Shown one piece after another: positions 50,916 through 62,943 of a stretch of DNA of 64,000 nucleotides. The notes beneath the pieces were generated by a model. The model was given only the letters and a program-made list of their open reading frames with translations, was not told the DNA's origin and ran no database searches. Position numbers and translations under genes: made by a program. The DNA comes from Thalia democratica (lineage: Eukaryota): positions 77,872,001 to 77,936,000 of the forward strand of contig OZ241829.1 of the NCBI GenBank assembly GCA_965202585.1, read 5' to 3'. Within the stretch, counting starts at the first letter, position 1. Every line of letters starts with the position of its first letter.

Positions 50916-52888
50916 TTCTCAAAAGATTAAAACAGTCTAAAAATAAGAAAACAATTAAGGTGGACAAATTTTAAAAAACAAAATGTAAAATTTTTTAGTA
51001 GAAAATAAAGAGATTTAAGAACAAATAATCAGTGGACAAAATCAGTATAGAATATTTAAAATAATGATAAGAATATACTAAGTACAAGTTATAATTAGCT
51101 TCTAAATATTAAGTACTTTATGTATTTGACTAAAATATGGTTAACAATTGTTATGTTTTAACCTTGAAAAGTTTAAATCGCTCTTGAAATAGTTTAAAAG
51201 CTTCATAAAAATAATTTCTAAATAAAATTGTTGAACTAGAAAGTAATAAAAGACATCATGCATAATAAATAATACTGAATGAAAGTATAAGTTAAACTAT
51301 CTATTTAACTAATTAGTAAATATTAGTTACTCCTAGTTCATAAGCTTTAAAAATTAAGATATAATAAGTGTTAAAACCAATTAATCTATTTCTAAATTTT
51401 AAACGAACTTATATCAGTAATAGCATATAGTATATTAAACCAAAAAGAACTTTACTCAAAAACAACAATCATTAAATTTTTAAATTTGGTATCTTTAAAG
51501 AATTGCTATGTTTATTTATTATAATATTGTTAAAACTTAAATTAAGTTGTTAAAACTCTTAGATTTAAAATGTAGCTATTTAGTTATGAACCCAAATAAT
51601 TAACTTTCTTTTTTGTGAAGTAAAAAAACTATATTTATTACTAAATAATTTTTGTCAGCTAGATTTTTCAAAAATAAACTTTTTCAGCTATCTTATACTT
51701 TATTTGTTAATCTGTTTTATATTATCAATTATTAATCAGTATACTATTAATTTCTAAAACAGTATAAACGTGAGACAGTCCAAAACTTTATACTAACTTT
51801 CAATGTATTGGTATGAATTACCAAAGTAGAACTTTCTTTTTTTCGCTTTTCAAACCAATTAAAAAATTTATCTTTTAGTACAACCACCTCTTTAAGATAA
51901 TGTTAAATACTTAAAAAATATCATACGAGATACCATATAAGGTTATTTTTGTCATTAGTAAACCAACAAGCTCAATTAGAGAAATGTATTTGTTAAGTAA
52001 TTAATTAATGTAATATTTTTGAATGTGTACTGAAGTATTTGTAAAGAAGTTGTTATACAAATCATTACTGTATTGTTAAAAACAGTAACTAACTAAATCT
52101 TTAAGTTATCACTTTTAACTAATAAAGATCTTATTTCAATTTGTTTAAGTGATTTATATATTTGTTGAAAAAATACACGTTTTTTAGTTTAAATTAGTTA
52201 AAACTTTAAAGAATACTGAACTATAATAATAAACTAACTTTATAATATATGTATCATCATTGGTCATTTTAACTATTGTGAACTTAGTTGAATAATTTCA
52301 TTTACTAAAAAGAAATCGTTTCAAATATACAGAACTAAAAAATTAATGATTATTGATTTTCCAAAAAACTAAATAAATAATTATTTTGTTTTAATTAATT
52401 TTACAGTTCAAATTATTTAAATCAATTAACACTTACTAAATAAATTTATTTCAATATTTAATACTGGTGATAGTCTTTATATTCAAATTTTTAAGGTTAC
52501 AAGTTAATATAAAACTTTACTTATTTTTTAGTCAACTAAACAACTTAACTTATATTCACAGTGTTTAAAACCTATTCTTTTTTCTTCAAGATAATTCACA
52601 CTTTTTTGAAGTCTTCATGATTTTTATTAAATTCAAAAATGTTTGAAGATAATTTTTTAGGTTCCAACACAACATTTGTTTCTACTAATCTAATTATTCA
52701 CAACTTTAATGAAATATAATAAAATATATAATTTTCTCTAACAATATTGTTATTTTTAGCTTGCGTATTTTTTTAATAAATGCTTATTAGAAAATTAAGT
52801 TAAACATATTTTTTTAATAAAATTTTATTTAAAATTTATCAAATTTTATTACAGTTTTTGTTTTTAGACTCACTTCTTCTCTTGCAAA

Positions 52889-53854
52889 GTGTCTATGATG
52901 TGTGAAAATAAAAAGTCAATTTATTTTCAAGTACCAAAAGTTTTATACGAAAACAGATATTGTAACCAAGAAGGCTTCAGTATTTTGATTTGTGGCAGAA
53001 AAAACAAAAATGGAAATACGACAAACGAAGTTTTAGAACTAAAAATACCTAGTTTTAAAGTGAACAAGTTTCCTTCAATGGTAAAAACGCATCTCTGCTT
53101 AGATTTAGTTAATATTAAATCTGATATACTTGCTGTTGGAGATAGAGTACATTTAGATGAAAGTTTAGATAACTCAGTCGTGTCAAATGAAATTTATTCT
53201 GAAAAAACTAAAACATGGACTCATCAATACATGCAAATGAAAGAACGGTCTTGTGATTGTATTATTTCATTCATGAATAAACTATATTTAATCAGAGGTT
53301 GGATTGTAAAAAGTGATAAAAGTCTTAGTTCGTGTTATACCTTTGATATCAATGGTAATGTATGGAATGAAATAGCGTATTTAAGTGAAGCAAGAAATTT
53401 AGCTGCATGTACAGTTTTTCAAGGTAAACTTGTTGTTACTGGAGGTGAAAATAATTGTTCTCAATTGAAATCAGTAGAAGCATATGATCATCATGAAAAT
53501 AAATGGATATATTTACCTGATTTGATTGAAGAAAGATTTTTTCATACTGCAGTTAGCATGGGTAATAAAATGTTTGTTATTGGTGGAAATTTTACTACAA
53601 GCTGTGAAGTATTTGATAGTTGTTTAAGAAAGTTTACAAAAATTAGATCAGAAATTAAACTTTCTGATTGGGAAATATGCCAGTTTTCTGCATTTAGCAT
53701 CGGAAATAGCATTGTGGTATTTCAAAATTTCGATAGTTATCTGACAGAAACAATTATTTACTTGTATGATGTTGATAAAGAAAAATGGTTAAACGTTCAG
53801 TGTGATTTTACTAAAAACATGTCAGATTCACATTTTGTAAAGTATTACACTTAA
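52889..53854 (+). CDS. K8: stand-alone Kelch beta-propeller protein, intact (first ATG changed to GTG; likely start ATG at 52895)
   Basis: Six blades, no stops; closest to K1. GTG TCT ATG ATG. Acceptor at 52866-52867. Confidence 0.88.
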   Translation: MSMMCENKKSIYFQVPKVLYENRYCNQEGFSILICGRKNKNGNTTNEVLELKIPSFKVNKFPSMVKTHLCLDLVNIKSDILAVGDRVHLDESLDNSVVSNEIYSEKTKTWTHQYMQMKERSCDCIISFMNKLYLIRGWIVKSDKSLSSCYTFDINGNVWNEIAYLSEARNLAACTVFQGKLVVTGGENNCSQLKSVEAYDHHENKWIYLPDLIEERFFHTAVSMGNKMFVIGGNFTTSCEVFDSCLRKFTKIRSEIKLSDWEICQFSAFSIGNSIVVFQNFDSYLTETIIYLYDVDKEKWLNVQCDFTKNMSDSHFVKYYT

Positions 53855-56662
53855 TTGTCAGAAACTATAGAAACACGTTTAATAAAGTAATAATTAAAGC
53901 TATTTTTATTTTGTTTGATATAAACTTTAAACAATTTTCGTGACTATTTTTTCGATTTTAGCTTTAGTTGACTTAGTTTCTTTTATTTTACTGAAGATTA
54001 GTTTATTAAAAAACATTAAGTTTTGTTTTAATAAAGCATATTTTATAAAAGTGTGATTAGTTTATATTAACTTTATAGTTGGTTCTCAGAGCAATAATTT
54101 ATAATTTGGTAAATGTTAGCTTATCAAATTAATTTTTGATAATGATTTATTAAAAGTATATTTAGATGTAAATACAACTCAAACCAAATGAAGTTTGTGG
54201 TAAAAGAAATTTTCCATAAAAAAAACTAAAATGTTTTTGGAATGAATTTTAAGCTACAAAAATTTTCGAGGCCTATAGTTAGATAGATTGTTACTTAGTT
54301 TTAACTTCACATGTAGGATTTAAACTTAATACCAATTATTTAGTCGTAAGTTTTTAACATTGACTAAAATACTTATGTCATAATACATACAGTTACGATA
54401 TTTTTAAAATTTTTTAATTTACAACTTTTTTTTATCACTTTCATTGTAGGAAAAGTGAAATTCCAGCATCAATGGTGCTACAGAAAATTATATTTAAAAA
54501 AATAGTTTTTATTTCTTCTACTTCGATTTCATAAAGTGCACTTTTCAATCTTTCAGTCTTTTTATATATCGTTAATTTGTCGTAGTCATTTACTAGCACC
54601 CTCATTTTATCATGACATCTGTAAGAAATTCAGAGCTCAAAAAATATAACAAAGTATAGTAAATATTTTTAAATTTTTATTGAGTCACATTTTACCAATT
54701 TTTTTGACTATTTTATTTTTAGATAATTTAATTTCACTTACATTTATAAACTACCATTTTGTTTTTAAATAAGCCTGTTAGTTTAAGAATATATAAAAAA
54801 TATTATCAGATACTAGCTTGTTATTTTAGTATTCAAAGAGTTTTATCGAGTAATTTAGTAGTTATTTGGTAATGTAAATAATATAAGTTTCTCATAGATT
54901 ATTGTTTTATTAATAGTATTATTAAAAGTTATTTTAATTTTTTTAAATTCAACTTAAACTAAATAATACTTGTAGTAAATGATATAATATTGTAACGTAA
55001 AAGTTTCGTCTTTAAACCTAAAATTTTAAAGAAATCAATCAGAAAAATAAAGACTTTTGATTTGTTTTTAAATATGTATGATAAAACCCTTAAGGATAGT
55101 CTATTTAAGTCTGCTTAAAACATCAATAGACAAATTCTTATAAAAGCATAAAAAAAAAGAATACATTACAGTCCACTATTAAGCTTGTCACAACTAAATG
55201 TGTTTAAATTTAGTCTAATACATATCCGAAAAACTTGAACACTTAAAAATTACTTTCAGAAACACCATTAAAGTCAATTCTTTCATTATGTAAGATAAGT
55301 TTTAAGTATTTAAACGTATCTTTTTTTAGCTCAAAAAATAATAACGAACTAATAACTATTTAAATGATTTGAATCACCCTAAAACATTTTTGAATATTAT
55401 TTTGACTTGGTCTTCAGGAATGGAATTTAAAGTATTAAAAAATTTTCAAAAGTTTCGTTTCTAATAAGGATTGAAAATAAAAAAGATCTGAACTGAAAAG
55501 GTTCCTTGTAATATAATAAAAATAAGTTGCAAATTAATAAATAAATTAAATACTTTGCAAAACGTTGTGAGTGTTTACGTAATATTATTTTTTATTCAGA
55601 TATTTAATATAAATATTAAGTACTTGGTTACTTGTAAATTTAAAGCTAATTAAAAAGAAAGTATTACGATATCTATTTATTAAATTAATTAATATTTCAA
55701 TACAAGTTAGACAATAACAAAAACTATTTATTGTTTAATTGAAATTTAAACTTAAATAAACAAAACACGTTACAAAAATTGTTTAAACTTTGCGGTATAC
55801 TAAAATCATAAAACATACTCAAATAAATAGTTAATAACCACTAAATTTATTTTCTATCAGTAAATTAAAACTTTCTAACTACTGTACTGAAGGTAAACCA
55901 AAACGTAGCTAAGTTAGTATTAACTTTTATCTTTTGTTTACGTATTTTAAGCAAATCTGAAGTAGATATAAAGTTCTGTATCAAAAGTAATATCAAAATA
56001 AAAGTCAAATAGCACTTAATGGTTTTTAATTGTTACATATTTAATTTTGCTTAAGTATTTTTTCCAAAACACTGATCTAAAAAATTAAAATTTAATTGCA
56101 TACATCAATAAAACAATGCCTTATGGAGTTTATGAAAGTACTTTTATAATTTTAAAACAGTTAGGTTTGTTATAATTCAATAGGTGTATTTAGTTTGTAA
56201 ACTTTTACATTTACTTTCTGAAATTTTTACTTTTTACGTAGTACATTTGGTTTATGTTGTATTAAGAAAAAATTAAGAATTCTTTTTATCATGCTATAAA
56301 ATATTCTAATAAGAAACTAATGTTAGTTATGTCATACATTACTTTATCCAATACAATTATTTGCAATAACTTGAGATTAACAATAATTAAGTATTATATT
56401 ACGAAGTTCTAACAAGTTAACTTTTAATGACATTTTTTCTTTACTTTTGCTTTATTGTAACAAAGACTCAAATGTAGTTAATAACATAAGTTTTGTTTAA
56501 TAAATAGGAAACGATATAATTAAACTTAATATTGTCAGTAAAACAAATAAGTATACTCAATTAAACGAATACGGTGTCAAAGTTTAACTCAAATGAAATA
56601 AAACAAACTTTACTAAATTTAATTTGACAGTGTTGTACGCACGTTTCATTATTTTCTCACAG

Positions 56663-57616
56663 TTAGACATAGTATTTAACAAAATTTAATTCGAACCTAT
56701 CTTCAGTAAAATCACACTTAACATTCAGCCATTTTTCTTTTTCAACATCGTATAAGTAAACAAGTGTTTCTTGTTGAAAGTATTTCTTAAGTCTTTGAAA
56801 CACCACAATATTGTTTCCGATGCTAAATGCAGTAAAACAGAAATGATAACGAGACGGTTTTATTTCTGAAGCAATTTTTGTAAACTTTCTTGAAAAACTA
56901 TCAAATATCTCATAATTTGTATTTTTAAAACCACCAATGACAAACAATTTGTTACCCATACTAACTGCCGCATGATGACTTCTTTTTTCGATCATATCAG
57001 GTAAATATGTCCATTTGTTTTCATGATAATCATATACTTCTACTGATTTTACTGTCGACCAAATATTAACACCTCCAGTAACAACAATTTTACCTTCAAA
57101 GACTGTACATCTACCACAATCTCTTGCTATATTTAAATTTGCTACTTTGTTCCATGTATCACTATTGATATCATAGGCATAACATAAACTAAAACTTTCA
57201 TCACTGCTTTCTCCGATCAAATACAATTTACTCATGAATGAACAAACACAATAGCAAACATTTGTTTCAATTTTTATATACTTATAAGTCCATATTTTCT
57301 TTTTATCAGAATAAATTTCAAGAAATAGAAATGGCTCATTTGAATCATCGAATTCTTCACTACTACCAACACCAAATATATCAGATTTGATATTAACTAA
57401 ATTTAAGTAGCAATGCGGTTCTACCATATGAGGAAATATGTTTACTGTAAAACTAGGTATTTCCATTTCAAAAACATCGTTTGTAAATTTTTCATTTTTG
57501 TCTTCTCCTCCACAAGCCAAAACACTGAAGCCTTTTTGGTTACAATATCTGTTTTCATACAAAACTTTTTGTACTTGAAAAGGAATTGAGTTGCTTTTTT
57601 TATACATCGTAGACAT
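56663..57616 (-). CDS. K9: stand-alone Kelch beta-propeller protein, 317 aa, intact
   Basis: Six blades, no stops. In-frame TAA immediately before the ATG. Family acceptor mutated (TTTTTAA|AC); alternative TTTTCCAG| lies 4 nt upstream of the ATG. Confidence 0.9.
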   Translation of the reverse strand: MSTMYKKSNSIPFQVQKVLYENRYCNQKGFSVLACGGEDKNEKFTNDVFEMEIPSFTVNIFPHMVEPHCYLNLVNIKSDIFGVGSSEEFDDSNEPFLFLEIYSDKKKIWTYKYIKIETNVCYCVCSFMSKLYLIGESSDESFSLCYAYDINSDTWNKVANLNIARDCGRCTVFEGKIVVTGGVNIWSTVKSVEVYDYHENKWTYLPDMIEKRSHHAAVSMGNKLFVIGGFKNTNYEIFDSFSRKFTKIASEIKPSRYHFCFTAFSIGNNIVVFQRLKKYFQQETLVYLYDVEKEKWLNVKCDFTEDRFELNFVKYYV

Positions 57617-57824
57617 TTAGCTGGAAAATAAACTTTAGTTTAAAAACAAAAATTAAAATAAAACTAGACACATTAAGAACAGAACTATATAATGATCAGT
57701 TTAAAAATAAATTATAGATTGAAAGAAATATATATTTTCTAAAGCAAACTAGTAGCAGTTTTCAACGATTATTTTACAACTTGATGAAAAATCTATGGTT
57801 TTTCAAATGTTGTCAAAACGTTTG

Positions 57825-58522
57825 AATTCCTCAAAATGACCAGGAGCATTCTCCATAAGGAGGATCACCGGAAGTGAGGTGCGTTTCCTTACTTAGAAAA
57901 GAACTGCTCTTTGAACCACTTCCAGCAGATTTCTTTGTCGACCCAAGCTCTTTTTTGGGACATGTACTTTAAAGGCCATCGTCTCCCCTTAATGCATGCT
58001 GGATCTTTTAACTTACCAATCATTGAGCATTGCAATTATTGGCTTCCTGTTGCATTCGAGCAAACAATCAAAGAAATTCTCTCTTTTGCCTTTTTGCGAC
58101 CACGTGCTGTTTAAACATCTTCATAAGGCAAAATGTAGGTGTAGTTTGGAATCATTCTAAAGAAGATTCCAGTTTCATTAATGTTATAAATTCTGTCAGC
58201 ATCATATGTTTTGATTCCATCATACATCTTGTTCAATTGTTTGAGCAAAGCTGGGTCTTCTTTGTTCACTTCACCACCTTCACCGTGAAGGTAAACTCCT
58301 TTAAGCTTTTTCCTGTCGCGAAATCTGGAAAGCCACATCCAAATGTTATTTAAAATAAAAAGACTTGTTTGTTCGGCTTAATTATTTGATGGTTAGTTGT
58401 AAGAAAGAAAACAAACAACTAAATTTCATATTCTACTATGTCGTCAAAAAGTACGCACTACCCGTGCTAAGTACGCACTTTTTGGTCGGGTTCAATTTGC
58501 GTACTTAAGCGGTAGTCTACTG
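57825..58522 (-). mobile_element. pogo/Tigger (CENP-B/DDE_1) transposon remnant
   Basis: WLSRFRDR..LHGE, IYNINETGIFF, KERISLIVCSNATGS, IGK..P, QKRAWVD..W and LLMENAPGH, with stops and a frameshift; two catalytic Asp positions altered. One TIR CAGTAGACTACCGCTTAAGTACGC ends at 58522. Confidence 0.9.
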
Positions 58523-59359
58523 CATATAATTTTTCTTGATCTTTTTTCCAGTTAAGTGAACTAAAAAATTCAATATTAGTTGCATACAATAATTAATCAA
58601 TGCCTTATGGAATTTATGAAATTCATTTATAAATATAAATCAGTTATATTAAGTTGCTAACATTTTGAATTAAATCACTAAGAATAACTAAAATGTAAAA
58701 CGGTAGCGTTAATGAGAAATGAAAAAAGCAAATAAAAAAACTTGAACTTTTTTAAAATTTATATTTAAGCAGCAAAGTACTATTATAGTTTTTAAGTTAA
58801 TTTCTGCGATAGAAAACATTCTTATTTCTACAAGATATTAAATAATATCTATATTGAATTTTTAGCTTGAAAAACATACTAAAAAAGCTAATAAATGTAA
58901 AACTAAATAATTTAAATTGTCTATTTTACTTTTATATTTTACTTTACTTTATATATTTTTTACATAAAAAAATGTCATCAAAGTTCTTTAAATTGCTTTA
59001 AAATTGTATTATTAAGATCTTCTTTCATATTAAGTTTACTTAAGCTACGTTTTGTTAACTTTAACAACTAAAAGTATTTTAATTTAATTATATTTTAACT
59101 GATAGTTATAACAAAAGTTTTAATTGTAACTCTTAGATAATTAACAATTCAACGTTGTGTCGACGTCAACAAATGAAACAAAAATGATTGTTTTAAAAAT
59201 AATGATTCACAATTAACTTAAGTGTTTGTGAACCTAGCCGTAATAACTAACTTTATCATAACTTTAAGAAAAAAAGCCGTATTAGCAACAACTTTAAAAC
59301 AGCAGCAGTTTGTGGGTTTTTATTTTGTTAACTAATTGGAAACTTCTATTTCAAAAGTA

Positions 59360-60600
59360 TATTGCAAGTGGTTTTCTTAACTATTTTAAACAGTGTTTGT
59401 ATAATGTACACGCCCATATTTGAATAAACTAATAAAATAATTTGAACTAAAATATGTTTATCTAACATTTTAATTAACTTTACTTTAATAATTAAATAAC
59501 TGTTCCCTTAATGCATTTTAAATCTAATTTATCGGTAAAGAAAAGGAAGGCTGTAAACAGAAATAAAAAGTAATACTATCAAGTCAAATTACAAAACCAT
59601 AAGTTTTAGAGTCTTTTAAATCCACAAATAACTAACAAAAAAATCATTAATTTTACAGTAGTTGTAAACTTAAGTTTGGTACAAGGAAAAATAAATTTTA
59701 CTTTTTAGAATTAATAAAACTTCAGAAAGAAAAGGGGAGAAAAAAGAAAAAAATATTTGTAAACCGTATTATTGGAAAAAATTATAGATAACTAAAACAT
59801 ATAAATTCAGATTAAACTGTCTTGCAAATATTTAGCATTAAAAATACAATTGTACATACATAATTACTATCAATAAAATGTAAAAAAACTATCGTTGCTC
59901 ATGAAGAAATTGTTTAGAAATTACAACTGGTCAGAATTTTATTAATAACAATTTGTAAAGTTTTATTAAATATATGTTTTAAACCAGGGTGACGTAATGT
60001 TTAAATGTAATTACAATAATGATTAAACAAACAAGATCAAAAATAGTTACCATATAATCTACGTATTTATAACATTTTACATCTTTAGTTTTAGAGAATA
60101 AAATTTTAGCAGTTTTTTGGTTGGCATAATTTTAAGTAGATATATGCATTTTATAAGCTGTAAAGATTTGTGTTTTCAGATGTAAAAACAAATAGTGTTT
60201 ATAGTAGTACAAGTTAGTCTATTTTATTAATTCAGAAGCACACGCTGTAAGTGTCACTTTAATTATTGTAAAATTACTAATACGATAGGGGAAGGTACTT
60301 AGTTTATAATGCAAACACGCGTTAAGTAATATAGGAAAAATAGTAAAATGAATGTGATCATAAGTTTAGAGCTAAAATATAATTTTCATATTGTATATGC
60401 ACAAAAATCACAGATTTATATAAATCGAGCAACTCTTAAATAAACTATAAAAGACAGTATTTTCGATAAATATAAGTTGATATCAGCTATATTTGATATG
60501 AAAATAAAAAGTTTGTACAAATCTGTAAGACACTTTTTTTCTGCTTCAAGGTTCGTACCTTATCAATTTGCTTATTATACTTTTATCAATTATACCTAAA
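59360..60600. repeat. Element X copy 4
   Basis: Same motif series as copies 1-3; ends at the Gypsy boundary. Confidence 0.85.
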
Positions 60601-60950
60601 TAAATATATCTTTCATTGTTGAGTTTATTTACAAACTAATTAAAAGAATGATAAAATCTGTACAAGAAAACATAATGAAAGCTAGGTAAATACTTATACA
60701 TCTTCCCCCAGATATTATCACCAAGGAGATGTAACGACACGTCTAGCTAACAAAACAAATTATTTACAAAATTGCAAACTTAAATACCGTTTTCTGTGCT
60801 AACATCAACGAAACAACACTCAAAACGAAATTAATCACTAAAATGTTACAATAAACATAGTTACAATTTGTACAAAAACATTAATTTTAACAACAGTTTA
60901 AACAGGTTTGTATGTACCGCTTTCGGCATCATAAATCTTTCTCCGGGTTC

Positions 60951-62432
60951 TTACACGACCGGAACGACGCAGTTCATTTTCTGGAAATACTCCATCGTCA
61001 TTAAAATTTCTTTCAAATACTCTAGATTTATCATTAGGGTCCAAACGAGACAATACACCATTTTTCTAATTTGTAGAGTATTGGCTTTCATCAGTGCAAT
61101 TTGAGTCCTCAGGTAAAAGGAAGGTAGCTGGTTTCGCTTTGCAAATTTTGTCAAAGTTATCTCCAGCTTTGAAACGTATTCCTTTATGGAACGCACACAA
61201 TCAAAACTTTCCTTGAAATCTTTTCTCTCATAGTTGCCAGAAAAAACCAACTTCTGCGTTGGTATGTTTGCTTTTCTAAGATAAGGTATACTATTTTGAG
61301 ATTTGCAAACAGGAGGATTAAATTTTCTTAAAAACTTTCGATTTCGTACAGTTAAGCGACCTGATCCATCAATCTTGACAACATACTGATGATAGTCTTT
61401 TAGTTCTACTATTACACCACTTTTCCCCCACTTGTTAGGGAAGTTACCTGTTTCATTCTGTATCATGACATGATCACCGCAATTCAATGGTGGCAACAAT
61501 CTTGTGTGCTCACTTAAATTCTCGAGAGACTTAACATAATGAGACCTAAGAGCTTCTTCCTTTTCACTCCTTGCGCTACGCCAAATGTTTAAGATCTGCG
61601 GGTTATTGTAAGCCATAATACTCTTCCTGAGGTAAGGCAAGGAGTCCTTTAAATTTCTTCCAAGAAGGATCTGTGCAGGTGATAGTTTGCATCCTGGATC
61701 AGGCGTGTTTCTCTGCGTAAGTAAAGCTTGTATCATTTTGTCATTATTTAGTTCACCATTTGAACCATAATTATCCATTAACAATCGCCTAGAAGCTTTT
61801 ACTGCTAATTCCGCCCTACCGTTTGACACTGGATGATATGCAGATGACATACGATGGTGTATACCCCATCGTTTCAGAAAATCTTTGGTAACTTTTGCAG
61901 AAAACTCTGGACCTCCATCAGAAGATATTTCAACTGGAACACCAAAAGTCACAAAAATACGACGCAAAGCTTTACACAGCCCTTTTGAACCAGAATCATT
62001 TGTACCCAATTTGATTCTTTGTTGTTCTGTTCATCCTGAAAGTCTGTCGGCAGCTACAAAATAATACCAACCTTTGAACTGAAAATAATCACAAACAATT
62101 GACTCAAAAGGAACCTTTAGAATCAATGGTTCAATTGGAGGTAGGCGAGGATTGCTTGGTGCAATTAAGTTGCAACTATTGCAATTTTCCCGACAGCCTT
62201 GAATGTCATTTGTTATTCCCGGCCAATAAATAATAGATTTTGCTCGCTCGTTCATTGCAGTGACTCCTTGATGAGCAGAATGCAACACTCTTAAAACCTC
62301 CTTTCTTAATGATGGAGGAATAACAATTCTATACACATCATCCTTAAGTATACTGCTAGGTGATAGAAACTTATTATGATCAAGTTCTCGTTTACGATCA
62401 CCACACATAATGACCCCATCCATCATAAACAA
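60951..62432 (-). pseudogene. pol: Gypsy pol: integrase, split in two ORFs
   Basis: HHCC (HSAHQG..WPG..C..C), CDYF, SSDGGPEF, NGRAELAVK; break near 62020. Confidence 0.9.
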
Positions 62433-62943
62433 AAAAATAGCGAACTATCCAAAACTCATGCAATTCTAATGGTAGGTGGTCTTTGGTCTCTGGAAAACCA
62501 GCTTGAACATAATGAATAAGCTTCATCATTTGTTTATCTTTTAAAGTTTCTTCTTTAACTCGGTCAAAAGTCACAGCTTGGAAATTGTCACCTACTTGAT
62601 TACTTGCAATGATACACTCACTGTCTGGAAACGTATTCTTGCTAAAATTTCAGAAGCACTTATCTCAACTTCATCTTTTGTTTTATGTACGGTAACCACT
62701 GGATGACGTGACATTGCATCTGGAGCAAGGTGTAGTTTACCAGGTTTATGTAGAATCTTGAATCGCCATAAAAGACTTCTCTGCTTTAACCGGAAAAGGC
62801 GGTGGTTTGCAATTTCATCAAGTGTTCTGTCTCCAAATAATTAACCAGTGGTTTGTGATCAGTCAGAACCAACAAATTATCACATCCTTGTGTGAAATAC
62901 CGTGATTGTTCAAGTGCCCATACAATTGCAAGGCTTTTTCCCT

